A DNA stretch of 64,000 nucleotides, taken from Escherichia coli (GTDB lineage: Bacteria > Pseudomonadota > Gammaproteobacteria > Enterobacterales > Enterobacteriaceae). The stretch lies in assembly GCF_024700885.2 (NCBI RefSeq), contig NZ_CP117016.1; one strand, 5' to 3'. Below the pieces are notes generated by a model, which worked only from the letters and a program-made list of their open reading frames with translations, made no database searches and was not told the origin of the DNA. A program made the translations under genes and the position numbers. Shown here one piece after another: positions 9,288 through 22,094 of this stretch; the first letter of the stretch is position 1, and the number at the start of each line of letters is the position of its first letter.

Positions 9288-9878
9288 ATGGCATTAACAG
9301 ATATCAAAGTCAGAGCAGCCAAGCCAACGGATAAGCAATATAAGCTGACTGATGGTGGCGGTATGCATCTGCTTGTCCATCCAAATGGTTCTAAGTACTG
9401 GCGTTTGCAGTACCGTTATGAGGGAAAGCAAAAAATGCTGGCACTTGGGGTTTATCCTGAAATCACACTAGCGGATGCCAGAGTACGTCGTGACGAGGCG
9501 CGTAAGCTGCTTGCGAATGGCGTCGATCCGGGAGACAAAAAGAAAAATGATAAGGTTGAACAGAGTAAAGCACGAACCTTTAAAGAAGTCGCGATTGAGT
9601 GGCATGGCACCAATAAAAAGTGGTCTGAAGATCACGCCCATCGTGTGCTAAAAAGTCTTGAAGATAATCTTTTTGCAGCGCTTGGTGAACGTAATATCGC
9701 TGAGTTAAAAACTCGAGATTTATTAGCACCTATTGTTCCTTTAACCATCCGCAATGGCCAACGGTTTACAGAGCATAATACGAATAGCCGTAGAGCCAGC
9801 CAGTTACGGTGGTCGCGATGGTGTGTCCGCCAGAAAATCACCACGAATACCAGAATCGCGGCACTGACCAGAAAATGA
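9288..9878 (+). pseudogene. P4-type tyrosine integrase (IntB-like), N-terminal ~150 aa only
   Basis: MALTD.KVRAAKPTDK...YWRLQYRYEGKQKMLALGVYPE matches the P4-integrase N-terminal arm; similarity is lost near 9740 and the catalytic domain is absent. Confidence 0.75.
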
Positions 9879-10406
9879 TAAACAGGAAACACGGGGAGGT
9901 TCACTTTGCTTTCTCCTGTAGTATTTTCTGTAGGTTCTGAACCGGTTCGAGCGGGGTTGTGAGGCTGATGGCAATCCCCGGGCTCTTCCTGCATGTTACA
10001 CTGGTACTGCAACAGGGGGCCTTCGCTCCTATGACATTACTCAGTATTTTCACTACTACACCCCATCTGCCATCCATAACAACCGATTCACCCCCTCGGG
10101 AGGCGTTGTTGCCCGTCACCCGGACAGGCATCGTTATGGACTTCTCTTGTTGCACGATCGATCAATTGTTATGCATGCTGACACCACTACCCCGGTGGGT
10201 ATGACCGATGCCTTTCTCACTCTCTTCCCGGTCATCGTCGGCCTTCCCCGTTATTGTGGCGTGTCGGCACCATCGACGGCATTTCGATGGCTGCTCAGTG
10301 TTCACTCACGTTACGGCCCGCATAACCCATTGACTTCCTGAAGAAGTCGTTTCAGGGAGAGATTCAGCCCTTTTGTTACCTCCTGGACCGCTTCCTGTCC
10401 TTCCAG

Positions 10407-10681
10407 TTGGAGCGAGAGTTAGTCGGGGCGGACTTTCACCGACGGAAAGATCGTGCATTTCAAGGCACACACAACAATATCTGCGAGCGTGCTATCCGTC
10501 CGGTCGTTATGGGACGAAAGGCCTGGTTGTTCGCTGGTTCACTGATGGCCGGGAACCGAGCGGCACAGATAATGAGCCTTCTGGAAACAGCAGTCTGGAG
10601 CCACATGCTTGGCTGACGGACGTCCTAACGCGTCTGCCCGGAGTGGCCGGAGGAGAGGTTGGCAGAGTTACTGCCTCTTGA
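10407..10681 (+). pseudogene. IS66-family transposase (TnpC) C-terminal fragment
   Basis: ERAIRPVVMGRKAWLFAGS motif in one frame, continuation in another. Confidence 0.55.
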
Positions 10682-11045
10682 GGGCTTTACCTTCTTTGGG
10701 TAAGTGATACCTGCCGTCAGGTGTTTGTGCACCGGGCCATAACCTGCAGTTGGGAATTGAACGCCTGACAACAGGAAATGAGCTAGAGCAGTAAACACGC
10801 GGGCTGACAATGGGTCAGAATATGAGTCTGCCCGGCGTTATTCTTGGGGTCAGTACTTCAGATCCAGCCTCCGGTACCAGACTAGCTAGCCCCTACGCAA
10901 CCAAATAAATCAACCATCGTAAGAGTGCAATCGTTCATATACACTGCCGGTGATGGGCGGAAAAATGCGTTAATGTTGAGTTCCTCGAACCCTTACCAAT
11001 TAAGGGACATAGCCAGATACGCAACTGGCTGATGCAAGCAGTCTG

Positions 11046-11358
11046 ATGTCTTTAGATTCGCTGGCCTGCGGGCATGACAATGTCAAACAGTCAAAGATTG
11101 TGGCGTTGACGGTCAGTCTGGGTCGTAAAAACTTCCTGTTCTTCGGCTCTGACCATGGTGGTGAGCGGGGAGCGCTACTGTACAGCCTGATCGGGACGTG
11201 CAAACTGAATGACGTGGATCCAGAAAGCTACCTTCGCCATGTGCTTGGCGTCATAGCAGACTGGCCGGTCAACCGGGTCAGCGAACTGCTTCCGTGGCGT
11301 ATAGCACTGCCAGCTGAATAACACATCCCCGTCAATACGGCCCTCGCTGTACGCTTAC
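11046..11358 (+). mobile_element. IS66-family 3' remnant (TnpC C-terminus plus terminal repeat ending ...GTACGCTTAC)
   Basis: GRKNFLFFGSDHGGERGALLYSLIGTCKLNDVDPESYL; the same end sequence recurs at the other IS66 copies. Confidence 0.65.
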
Positions 11359-11434
11359 GATTAGTGGTGGTGTCTTCCAGTGCGAGGAGCAGCGGATGAG
11401 CCTCACATGCCCTTGCAGTGGCGGTAAATCCGGC

Positions 11435-11808
11435 TTAGGCAATGGCTTCCGGGGACACAGACGGGTTACGTATCAGGCGGTACGCACTTTCAACCTGAGC
11501 AGTGGAGTGGGATGATTTCACAATAGAAAGACCTGCATGCTGAGCGAGAGAAGAGGCCAGTGACACAAGGCGTCGTGTACGACGCGGATCACCGAGACGG
11601 GCATGTCCAAACTGCTCGTTATCCCATGAATAACAATCAGAAAGTACCATAACAGACCCGAAGAAAATGAAATATAAGAGAAGATCAACGGGTGAAGAAA
11701 AAGTTCAAAAAATCGCTGCCGGGGAGGAAGGAAACTACCGAATGGAAAGAGTCCCCCTAAAGCAGACTGACAGACATCACAAATCCCCGGGTGGGGATTT
11801 GTGTATAA
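11435..11808 (-). mobile_element. IS4-family (IS50-like) 5' remnant: transposase N-terminal fragment plus terminal inverted repeat
   Basis: ARLGDPRRTRRLV...AYRLIRNPSVSPEAI resembles the Tn5/IS50 transposase N-terminus; CTGTCTCTTATACACAAATCC end at ~11787-11808. Confidence 0.55.
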
Positions 11809-12113
11809 GAGACAGCCTGATAGGGGGGCGCATACATTATGCATACATACTCTCGGATATTGTAAAAGTTTTTTATATAATTACTAAGTTAGCTACCATC
11901 AATAAAATATTGACGTTAGCAGGTAACATCAACTTAATATATAAAAATATTCTTAGGTGAAAGTAACTGTTCAAGATAAAATAAAATCATCGCTTAAAAA
12001 GAAAAACACTCTCTTTGTTATATACGTACTCTGATAAATGCCAGATAAAACTATTAATTTTCATAAAAATATAATGCCATATATTATGATGCTATACATC
12101 TTACATATTCAAT

Positions 12114-12878
12114 TCAGATATATTTTAATTTTTCCGATAGTTCTTGACACGCATCAAGAACCAAAGTTGAATAATATTCAATTTTTTCTTTAGGTATCTG
12201 AATTTCCACGCCACTAATGCTGATAGCTGCAATTACTTCACGAGTCTGATTAAATACCGGAGCAGCAATACAATAAATTCCCGGTGAATCCTCTGCGTTA
12301 TCAAAAGCCCATCCACGTTCACGAATACGTGCAAATTCCTGTATTAGATCAGATTTACGAGTGATAGTTGTTTGCGTAAATCGTGGCAACGTTTCCTCAG
12401 GCAACAATGTGTCAATGACGTCTTGAGGTAACCACGCACATAAAGCCTTACCAACTCCAGAACTATGGAGTGGCAACTTCTTGCCTACCCACGTTCTGAT
12501 GCCAATTGGTTGTGTACTCTCGAGTTTCAAAATATAGATTGGAGCGACTTCATCGAGAATGCCCAGATGGCAGATAAGATCAGTACTGTCTCTCAGTTTT
12601 TCTAGAACCGGCCTCGCTACCTTACTGATGTCAAACTGCTCCAGAGATCGATTCCCCCATTCATACAATTTCAGCCCAAGAAAAAAACGCCCTCTTTCCT
12701 GACGTAACAGATGATGTTCGACAAGGGCATTCAGTAAAGATGATGTGCTGCTTTTTGGCAGATCCAGATCCTGCTGGATCTGGCTGAAGGTGGCGCCTGG
12801 AGAGCTAAAAAGGTAATTGCAGACTCTGACAGTTTTATCGAGTGCTGGTACCGATGTTCTGATGGTTTGATTATTCAT
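12114..12878 (-). CDS. IclR-family transcriptional regulator
   Basis: Family call from HTH-plus-ligand-domain organisation; start chosen at MNNQTIR (alternative upstream ATGs at 12920 and 12950). Confidence 0.7.
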   Translation of the reverse strand: MNNQTIRTSVPALDKTVRVCNYLFSSPGATFSQIQQDLDLPKSSTSSLLNALVEHHLLRQERGRFFLGLKLYEWGNRSLEQFDISKVARPVLEKLRDSTDLICHLGILDEVAPIYILKLESTQPIGIRTWVGKKLPLHSSGVGKALCAWLPQDVIDTLLPEETLPRFTQTTITRKSDLIQEFARIRERGWAFDNAEDSPGIYCIAAPVFNQTREVIAAISISGVEIQIPKEKIEYYSTLVLDACQELSEKLKYI

Positions 12879-13117
12879 AAAAAAATATGATTCCTTACAA
12901 TACTGAATAGTATACCCCATTCCCCCTTGATGCGCAGCGGCGCTTAGCACACATATTATACATGGCCTCCGCGTACCGGCATGCCTCTATAAACCTGACT
13001 TATTTCACACTTTTCATATCGCATTGTAAAAACATTTGACATGCAAAACCTGAATTTGATTCACTTTATTCAGCATAAAGAACTTATGTTCCATATACAG
13101 AACTTAGTGAGAGTGAT

Positions 13118-14017
13118 ATGTTGACAGCGTTTAGAGGTATTTTCCCGCCAGTTCCTACAATTGTTGACGCACAAGGGAAACTAGATAAGGCTGGCATGGC
13201 CCGGATGATCGACCATGTTTTAGAAAATGGTGCAAACGGGATGTTGATCCTTGGCAGTGGGGGAGAATTCTCACAATTTTCTTCCCAGCAACGAAAAGAG
13301 ATAGCTGCATTTTGCTTAAGTCATGTAGATGGCAAAGTGCCTGTTCTGGTGGGGATCGCCTGCGCGGGAACTGCAGAAACTATTGATTTAGGACATCATG
13401 CACAGGAGCACGGAGCTGATGGTGTGATGGTGGTGAATCCGTATTATGCAAAACTCAGCGATGATGCCCGGTTTATGCATTACAAATCTATTGCCGATTC
13501 ACTTAAAATTCCAGTGTTTCTCTATAACTTTCCTGATCTGACCGGTCAGGATATTGGGCTTGAGGTCATTACCCGGCTGGCCCGGGAAGTTCCAAATATC
13601 GTGGGTATCAAGGATACCATCGATAATATCAGCCATACCCGGGAAGTCATCAACCGTGTACATGCTTTTCGTCCGGATTTCATTATATTCAGCGGATATG
13701 ACGAATATATGCTGGATACCCTGTTACTGGGCGGCCATGGTGGTATTCCGGCGACATTCAATTTTGCTCCAAATATCACACGTGGTATTTATCAGGCCGT
13801 TATGGAAAATGATCTTGATAAAGCACGTTCTTTTCAGCAACAACTGGCAAAACTGTCTCCGTTATACACACTGGAGCAGCCTTTCTTTGGCGTGATAAAA
13901 ACTGCCATCAAACTGAGTGGACTGGACATATCTACTGCAGTTATGGCACCGGCTCTTCCGCTCAGTGATGACAAGGTCGCCAGGGTGAAAGCCATTCTGG
14001 AACACATTCACCAGTGA
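13118..14017 (+). CDS. DapA/DHDPS-family aldolase or dehydratase
   Basis: Family-level similarity (GSGGE, PVFLYNFP, KDT motifs) in the 299-aa translation. Confidence 0.7.
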   Translation: MLTAFRGIFPPVPTIVDAQGKLDKAGMARMIDHVLENGANGMLILGSGGEFSQFSSQQRKEIAAFCLSHVDGKVPVLVGIACAGTAETIDLGHHAQEHGADGVMVVNPYYAKLSDDARFMHYKSIADSLKIPVFLYNFPDLTGQDIGLEVITRLAREVPNIVGIKDTIDNISHTREVINRVHAFRPDFIIFSGYDEYMLDTLLLGGHGGIPATFNFAPNITRGIYQAVMENDLDKARSFQQQLAKLSPLYTLEQPFFGVIKTAIKLSGLDISTAVMAPALPLSDDKVARVKAILEHIHQ

Positions 14018-14033
14018 TTACGAGGATCGTAAG

Positions 14034-15551
14034 ATGAATAAGACTCCGATACTCAAATTAAATAACTCGGATGATGTCGTTATTGCCAGGACAGAACTTC
14101 CTGCCGGAAGCTGGCTGGAATCTGAAAGTATGGAAACACGTGACCTTATTCCGGCAGGGCACAAAATTGCTCTTCGGGATATTCCGGCCGGCAGTGCCGT
14201 TAAACGCTATGGACAGATAATCGGTTTTGCGACCCGTGACATCCGACAGGGCGAACATATTCATGTGCATAATCTCGGTATGGGGAGTTTTGAGCGTGAT
14301 TATGCCTGGGGGATAGACAGTCATCTTCCGGAAAAGGATGTTCATCAGGATACCTTTATGGGGATCCGCAGAAAAGACGGACGGGTGGCAACCCGTAATT
14401 ATATTGGTGTACTGAGTTCTGTAAACTGTAGTGCAACCGTAGTAAGGGCAATTGAAGATCATTTCCGTACCCGTGGTCTCAGTGATTACCCTAATGTGGA
14501 TGGTATTGTTGCCCTCCCACAAAGTTTTGGTTGTGCCTTTGGCTCTGACAGCGAAATGATGAAAGTCATGCGGAGGACAATGGCAGGCTATGCCACGCAC
14601 GCGAACTTTGCCGGGATCGTGATCGTGGGACTGGGATGTGAATCATTCCAGATTAAGGACATGATGAATGCCCACGGATTACATGAAAGTCCTGTATTCC
14701 ATACAATGACTATTCAGGAAAGCGGCGGAACACGTAACGCTATAGAAAAAGGTATTTCCTTCATTCTCGACATGCTCCCGGAAGCCAACAATGTCAAACG
14801 AGAACCAGTTCCGGTATCAGAAATCATTCTGGCTCTTGAGTGTGGCGGCTCTGATAGCTATTCAGGAATTTCCGCTAATCCGGCTCTCGGGTACGCAGTT
14901 GATCGCCTGGTTCGCCAGGGAGGAACGGCTATTCTGTCGGAAACATCGGAAATTTATGGAGCAGAACACCTTCTGACACGCCGTGCCATTAGTCGCGAAG
15001 TTGGCGAGAAACTAATCCGCAGAATTAAGTGGTGGGAAGAGTACTGTAAACGTACAGGGAGTGAAATGAATAACAACCCTTCTGCAGGTAATAAAGCGGG
15101 GGGACTGACCACTGTTCTGGAGAAATCGCTGGGAGGGATAGCAAAAGCTGGTACAACCAGCTTAATGGATGTATATGAATATGCTGAACCGGTGACAGCA
15201 AAAGGGCTTGTCTTTATGGATACCCCCGGATATGACCCGATGGCAGTAACCGGACAAATCGCCGGAGGAGCCAACCTGCTGTGTTTTACCACGGGCAGGG
15301 GATCTGCCTTTGGCGCAAAACCCACTCCTTGTCTGAAACTGTCAACCAATAACGCACTATGGCAACGGCAGCGCGACGACATGGATTTAAACTGTGGCAC
15401 GATTGTTGATGGCGAAGAAACAATAGAACAGGTTGGAGAACGTATTTATCAGAGAATTATTGAGCTGGCTTCAGGTCATCGTAGTCGAAGTGAAGAGCTG
15501 GGTTATGGGAGCCAGGAATTCGTTCCCTGGATAATGAACTCAATCATGTAA
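14034..15551 (+). CDS. UxaA/GarD-family sugar-acid dehydratase (SAF N-domain)
   Basis: 505-aa protein with altronate/galactarate dehydratase architecture. Confidence 0.7.
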   Translation: MNKTPILKLNNSDDVVIARTELPAGSWLESESMETRDLIPAGHKIALRDIPAGSAVKRYGQIIGFATRDIRQGEHIHVHNLGMGSFERDYAWGIDSHLPEKDVHQDTFMGIRRKDGRVATRNYIGVLSSVNCSATVVRAIEDHFRTRGLSDYPNVDGIVALPQSFGCAFGSDSEMMKVMRRTMAGYATHANFAGIVIVGLGCESFQIKDMMNAHGLHESPVFHTMTIQESGGTRNAIEKGISFILDMLPEANNVKREPVPVSEIILALECGGSDSYSGISANPALGYAVDRLVRQGGTAILSETSEIYGAEHLLTRRAISREVGEKLIRRIKWWEEYCKRTGSEMNNNPSAGNKAGGLTTVLEKSLGGIAKAGTTSLMDVYEYAEPVTAKGLVFMDTPGYDPMAVTGQIAGGANLLCFTTGRGSAFGAKPTPCLKLSTNNALWQRQRDDMDLNCGTIVDGEETIEQVGERIYQRIIELASGHRSRSEELGYGSQEFVPWIMNSIM

Positions 15552-15628
15552 TAACTACAGGCATAATTTGTTTTGCCCGGAAATAAGGAAACAAACTGAA
15601 TCCTGTTTTTGATAATTAGAGGTGAATA

Positions 15629-16636
15629 ATGGAACGTAAACCAGTACTGGGCATTTTTTTAGGTGAAGCTGCCGGCATTGGACCTGAACTGGTTGCCAAA
15701 GTCGTAGCTGATGGTACTGTCTATAAATATTGCAGACCTGTTCTGATTGGCGATGCCCGGGTACTTGCTCTTGGGCAAGAGATTGCTGGTGTGGATTTTC
15801 AGTGGGATGTCATCAGTGATCCCACTGAAGCTGACTGGACTACGGGAAATGTACCATTACTTGATTTGAAAAATTTTAATCCCGAAAAACTAACTATGGG
15901 CACCATTGACACTGCCTCAGGTTATGCAACAGGAGAATCACTGGTAACCTGTATGTCATTACTTAAATCAGGTAAAATTGACGGTTTTGTTTTCGCTCCA
16001 CTCAATAAAGAAGCGTTCAAGAAGGGGGGCTGGGATATTGAGGACGAACATTATCTCTTTGCTGAGCAGTTAGGATACTTGGATAAACCACGTGGCCTGT
16101 TGAATGTCCTTGATGACCTCTGGGTTTTTCGCGTGACGGGACATATTCCATTCAAAGATATTGCCAGCCATATTACACCAGAAAATGTCAGTCGTTCGAT
16201 TCAGTTATGCTACGATACATTAAAGATGGCGGGTTATAAATCACCTCGCATTGCAGTTGCGGCACTAAATCCTCATGCTGGTGATGGTGGTACATGTGGC
16301 ACTGAGGAAATAGATGTACTTATCCCTGTAATTGAAATGTTTCGGGAGAAAGGAATGGATATGTACGGTCCTGTCCCAGGGGACACCATCTTTATTCATG
16401 CATTTAATCATGAATATGATGCGATCGTTACCCTGTTCCATGATCAAGGACAAATTGCCACCAAGCTTCATTCCTTTGATGTGGGCATAACTGTAGCCGC
16501 CGGGCTTCCATTTGCTATAACAACACCGGAACATGGCACTGCATTTGATATTGCAGGTAAGGGGATCGCAAAAACAATGGCTACAGAGAGGGCTATTGCT
16601 GTTGCAGCCAGAATGGCATCAACAACACAGAAATAA
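15629..16636 (+). CDS. PdxA-family NAD-dependent dehydrogenase
   Basis: 335 aa; family-level match to 4-hydroxythreonine-4-phosphate dehydrogenase-like proteins. Confidence 0.65.
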   Translation: MERKPVLGIFLGEAAGIGPELVAKVVADGTVYKYCRPVLIGDARVLALGQEIAGVDFQWDVISDPTEADWTTGNVPLLDLKNFNPEKLTMGTIDTASGYATGESLVTCMSLLKSGKIDGFVFAPLNKEAFKKGGWDIEDEHYLFAEQLGYLDKPRGLLNVLDDLWVFRVTGHIPFKDIASHITPENVSRSIQLCYDTLKMAGYKSPRIAVAALNPHAGDGGTCGTEEIDVLIPVIEMFREKGMDMYGPVPGDTIFIHAFNHEYDAIVTLFHDQGQIATKLHSFDVGITVAAGLPFAITTPEHGTAFDIAGKGIAKTMATERAIAVAARMASTTQK

Positions 16637-16937
16637 TTTTTATAATAGCAGATAATAATACAATATATAACTTATATTGAGGGATATAGATATTATCTGC
16701 ATTAAAATGAGCTTTATAAAATGTCTTTATAAAGTTATCGCAAGTAATAGTGACTGTTTAAAATAGCAATAGACTATTTTATCTTCTAAGGAATACGATA
16801 CAGTCTATTGTTGGACTTATAGGAGCACTACTTCTCGGAACTATTCTTTGTTAGTAATTTCGCAATCAATATCCAGAAAGTAAAATCAAATTTTAACATA
16901 TTTAGTCTAATAGGTGTATTATTAAAGGAGAATAATT

Positions 16938-18203
16938 ATGTCCGCCTATGAGAAAGCAACAAATATAAGATGGAGAATATTTTTTGTACTTTTCCTTCTT
17001 GTTGTTGTCAGTATGATTGATCGAGCCTCAATATCTATAGCTATGCCTACTATTGCTAAAGATCTGGGATTAAGCGATACGATGCAAGGACTAATCTTGA
17101 GTGGTTTTTTCTGGACTTATGCATGCATGCAAATACCGGGTGGATTTTTAGCCGATAAATTTGGGGCAAGAATTATATTAGCATGCTCGGCAATACTTTG
17201 GGGAACTGCAGAAGCACTATTAGGGTTATGCCCAACAGGCTTTGCCTTACTTGCTGCTAATCTATTGCTTGGTGCAAGTGAAGCACCTGTATTTCCTTCT
17301 GGAGCCAGACTGAATGCAATCTGGCTTAACAAAAATGAAAGAGCTCGGGGAGCAACACTAATGGATGCAGGAGGGCCATTTGGTGCTGCAATTGGAGGAA
17401 TATTAGTAGCTGAAATGATGTTATATTTTACATCATGGCGGATTACCTTCATTATTTGTGGCATCGCAGCTATAACTCTGGGGCTAATCGCATACTGGGT
17501 TATTCGCGACAGGCCTGAAGATTCGCCAAGAGTGAATAACAAAGAACTGGGAATCATTAATCTCGATCGTGTTGTACAAGATACAGTAGAAGAAAATAAT
17601 GATCCCTTATTAAAAGTGATTCCACTACGTTCCTTCATCGGCATGCTTCTAGGCCGTTGTTCATGGGCTATGTGTTTCTTTGGTTTATTAACATGGGGGC
17701 CGGGATATCTTACACGAGCATTAAACCTGGATTTAAAAGCCGTTGGGTTTGCCACAATGATCGTTTTCTGTGCAGGTGGTTGTGGTAGCCTTTGTGGAGG
17801 ATGGCTCGCAGATAAACTTGCAAGTAAAGGGTTCGGACAGGCTAGATCATGTAAATTTCTATTAACAGTGTCAGGTATCTGCACGCTTATATCATTTGCT
17901 TTATTACCAAGTATTCCTGACGTAAAAACATCGATTATTTTACTGTCCTGCGCTGCATTTGTTTTAATGTGGGGAAGTATGTACTGGACATTCCCTCCTT
18001 TACTGGCACCCCGTTCTCGCGTAGCTACCGTCGGAGGAATGATGAATATGGCGGGAAGTGTTGGGGGCATTTGCATTCCTTTATTAGTAGGACTTATTTT
18101 AGATGTAACAAATTCATTCAATCCTGTACTCTATTTCTTTGCTGGTTGCGCAGTGATATTTATTTTAATGACAAACATTATTGATTTACGACACGTGCGA
18201 TAG
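16938..18203 (+). CDS. MFS transporter
   Basis: 421 aa, multi-pass hydrophobic; strong SD aaggag. Confidence 0.7.
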   Translation: MSAYEKATNIRWRIFFVLFLLVVVSMIDRASISIAMPTIAKDLGLSDTMQGLILSGFFWTYACMQIPGGFLADKFGARIILACSAILWGTAEALLGLCPTGFALLAANLLLGASEAPVFPSGARLNAIWLNKNERARGATLMDAGGPFGAAIGGILVAEMMLYFTSWRITFIICGIAAITLGLIAYWVIRDRPEDSPRVNNKELGIINLDRVVQDTVEENNDPLLKVIPLRSFIGMLLGRCSWAMCFFGLLTWGPGYLTRALNLDLKAVGFATMIVFCAGGCGSLCGGWLADKLASKGFGQARSCKFLLTVSGICTLISFALLPSIPDVKTSIILLSCAAFVLMWGSMYWTFPPLLAPRSRVATVGGMMNMAGSVGGICIPLLVGLILDVTNSFNPVLYFFAGCAVIFILMTNIIDLRHVR

Positions 18204-18212
18204 GAGATAAAT

Positions 18213-19169
18213 ATGAACATTAAGCCACTAAATTTATATGATGGTCCTGTAATCGATGCTCATCATCATTTCTGGGATCCGATAAAAAACGATCATCCTT
18301 GGTTGAAACCGGATGTTTTAATTCCTTTTAGATATGGTGATTATACAGCCATTAAGAGAAAATATTATCCAGAAGATTATTTTGCAGATGTAGGTGATAT
18401 TAATATTGTTGAAACATGTTATATGGAAACTGAATGGAATCCAACGGATCCATGTGGTGAAAGCGATTTCATTACATCAGTGGCAAAAATGACAGGTTAT
18501 CCAAATGCTGTTGTCGGTCAGGCTTGGTTAAACCATGATGATATAGATTCTGTATTAAAAATGCAGAGCTCATATAAGCTAATGCGAAGCATCAGACATA
18601 AACCTGAAGGCCCGGATAAACCAGAAGATGTTGGACAGTATACCACACTGATGAGTGATGAAAAATGGCGATATGGCTATTCGTTACTTTCGAAATATAA
18701 TTTAATGTTTGACCTTCAGACCCAGTGGTGGAACCTGCATGAAGCAGTAAAACTTGCAAATGATTTTCCAGATACAGTCATAATACTTAACCATACAGGA
18801 CTTCCTGCACAACGATCTGCTGAAGGGCTTGCCGGTTGGCATTCAGCAATGGCTTCTTTAGCTGAGTGTCAAAATGTTATGGTCAAAATTTCGGGAATAG
18901 GTTTAAAAGGAATCCCATGGACAATGGAGAATAATTTATGGATTATATCTGAAACCTTATCAATGTTTGGTCCTGACAGGGTAATGTTTGCAAGCAATTT
19001 CCCCGTAGATAGCCTTTGTGGCAGCTTTACTAATATATTCCATGGTTTTATGACAGTGTGTGAAATGAAAGGATATTCGCATGCCGCTCAGCGGAAGATG
19101 TTTCATGACAATTGTAAGAGAATTTATCGAACAATCCCACCACATAAATTGAAAGAAAAGCATAGCTAA
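18213..19169 (+). CDS. Amidohydrolase-2 family metal-dependent hydrolase (possible lactonase or lactone isomerase)
   Basis: 318 aa with N-terminal DAHHH motif typical of TIM-barrel amidohydrolases. Confidence 0.6.
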   Translation: MNIKPLNLYDGPVIDAHHHFWDPIKNDHPWLKPDVLIPFRYGDYTAIKRKYYPEDYFADVGDINIVETCYMETEWNPTDPCGESDFITSVAKMTGYPNAVVGQAWLNHDDIDSVLKMQSSYKLMRSIRHKPEGPDKPEDVGQYTTLMSDEKWRYGYSLLSKYNLMFDLQTQWWNLHEAVKLANDFPDTVIILNHTGLPAQRSAEGLAGWHSAMASLAECQNVMVKISGIGLKGIPWTMENNLWIISETLSMFGPDRVMFASNFPVDSLCGSFTNIFHGFMTVCEMKGYSHAAQRKMFHDNCKRIYRTIPPHKLKEKHS

Positions 19170-19676
19170 TAACCATACAACAAAACCTGATATTTATTGT
19201 GATATATAACGTATCAAACTTTATAACTTTTAAATATATGTTATGTTCATACTATGTCGAATGATAGTGCTCAAGTAGCACATCTAAAAAGACAATGCAA
19301 AACAGTAATAACCCCCCTTGCTAAAAAAAGGGGGGTATCATCCCTACACCGTCTCCAAAGGAGATGGAGATAGTTCCTATAAGGTCATAGCCTAAAAAAT
19401 ACCTATGACGGAATATCTCAACTTACTCACCACAATTAAAAAGAGACAAAATGACATGGAGTTTATGTGACCTCATCCCATTTTGCACAGCCTCCATTGT
19501 TCTGACATTGACGGCAGGTTGCCGCTTTATATCCGGCTTTATTGCAGCCATAAAGTTATGTGCCACTATATAATTCTCTGACTCACACTTCATTTACTGC
19601 ACGGGCTTCAAGCCCAAACCTCATGCAGGTTTAGTGAGTCCCAATCTTACCTGTCTTTATCATCTGTCACGAACGA

Positions 19677-21249
<1,573 letters not shown>

Positions 21250-21297
21250 TGAAATTCCTGAGAGAATAGTGGACACCAAATATGGTGGACGCTATCC

Positions 21298-21702
21298 ATG
21301 AAATCATTAACCGCAGTGCGTAAAAAAAGCCCTAATTATCCCGTTGAGTTCAAAATCAAAATGGTTGAACTCTCGCATCGACCAGAGATCTCCGTAGCGC
21401 AACTCGCTCGTGAGCATGGGATCAACGATAATTTGCTGTTCAAGTGGCGCCAGTACTGGCGCGAAGGAAAACTACGTCCTCCTTCAACAACAGAAAACAA
21501 CGTGCCTGAGCTGCTCCCGATAACACTTGATGCCGAAGATGTTGTCCCTACAACCTCCCCCCGGTCACAACCTGTAGCTGCTGCGACACCTGAATCACTC
21601 AATATCAGCTGTGAAGTGACGTTCCGGCACGGATCACTCCGTCTGAATGGTGCCATCAGCGAAAATATCCTGAACCTGCTGATACGGGAGCTCAAACGTT
21701 GA
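21298..21702 (+). CDS. IS66 OrfA
   Basis: 134 aa; IS66-family accessory protein motif AREHGINDNLLFKWRQ. Confidence 0.7.
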   Translation: MKSLTAVRKKSPNYPVEFKIKMVELSHRPEISVAQLAREHGINDNLLFKWRQYWREGKLRPPSTTENNVPELLPITLDAEDVVPTTSPRSQPVAAATPESLNISCEVTFRHGSLRLNGAISENILNLLIRELKR

Positions 21703-22046
21703 TCCCATTACCATCAGGGACAAAGATCTGGCTGGTCGCTGGCATCACCGATATGAGAAACGGCTTCAACGGCCTGGCGGCAAAGGTGCAGACGACGCTG
21801 AAAGACGATCCGATGTCAGGTCACGTTTTTATCTTCCGTGGGCGTAATGGCAGTCAGGTAAAGCTCCTCTGGTCTACCGGCGATGGACTGTGTCTGCTGA
21901 CCAAACGGCTGGAGCGCGGCCGCTTCGCCTGGCCGTCAGCCCGGGATGGCAAAGTGTTCCTCACACCGGCACAGCTGGCGATGCTGCTGGAAGGTATCGA
22001 CTGGCGGCAGCCTAAAAGACTACTTACGTCCCTGACTATGTTGTAA
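21699..22046 (+). CDS. IS66 OrfB (TnpB)
   Basis: 115 aa; overlaps orfA by 4 bp as is typical. Confidence 0.7.
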   Translation: MIPLPSGTKIWLVAGITDMRNGFNGLAAKVQTTLKDDPMSGHVFIFRGRNGSQVKLLWSTGDGLCLLTKRLERGRFAWPSARDGKVFLTPAQLAMLLEGIDWRQPKRLLTSLTML

Positions 22047-22094
22047 GCCTCTTTATCCTGGTCGACGCTGAATGAGCCTGGTAATATACCCGGT

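Noticed and set aside
17117-18121. 334-aa minus-strand ORF overlapping the MFS transporter gene
   Set aside because: Antisense to a gene with a strong SD and coherent membrane topology; its translation is low-complexity.
19305-19340. Palindrome aaccccccttgctaaaaaaaggggggt as a terminator
   Set aside because: The G/C stem is interrupted by a long A/T loop and lacks a proper downstream U-tract on either strand; function uncertain.
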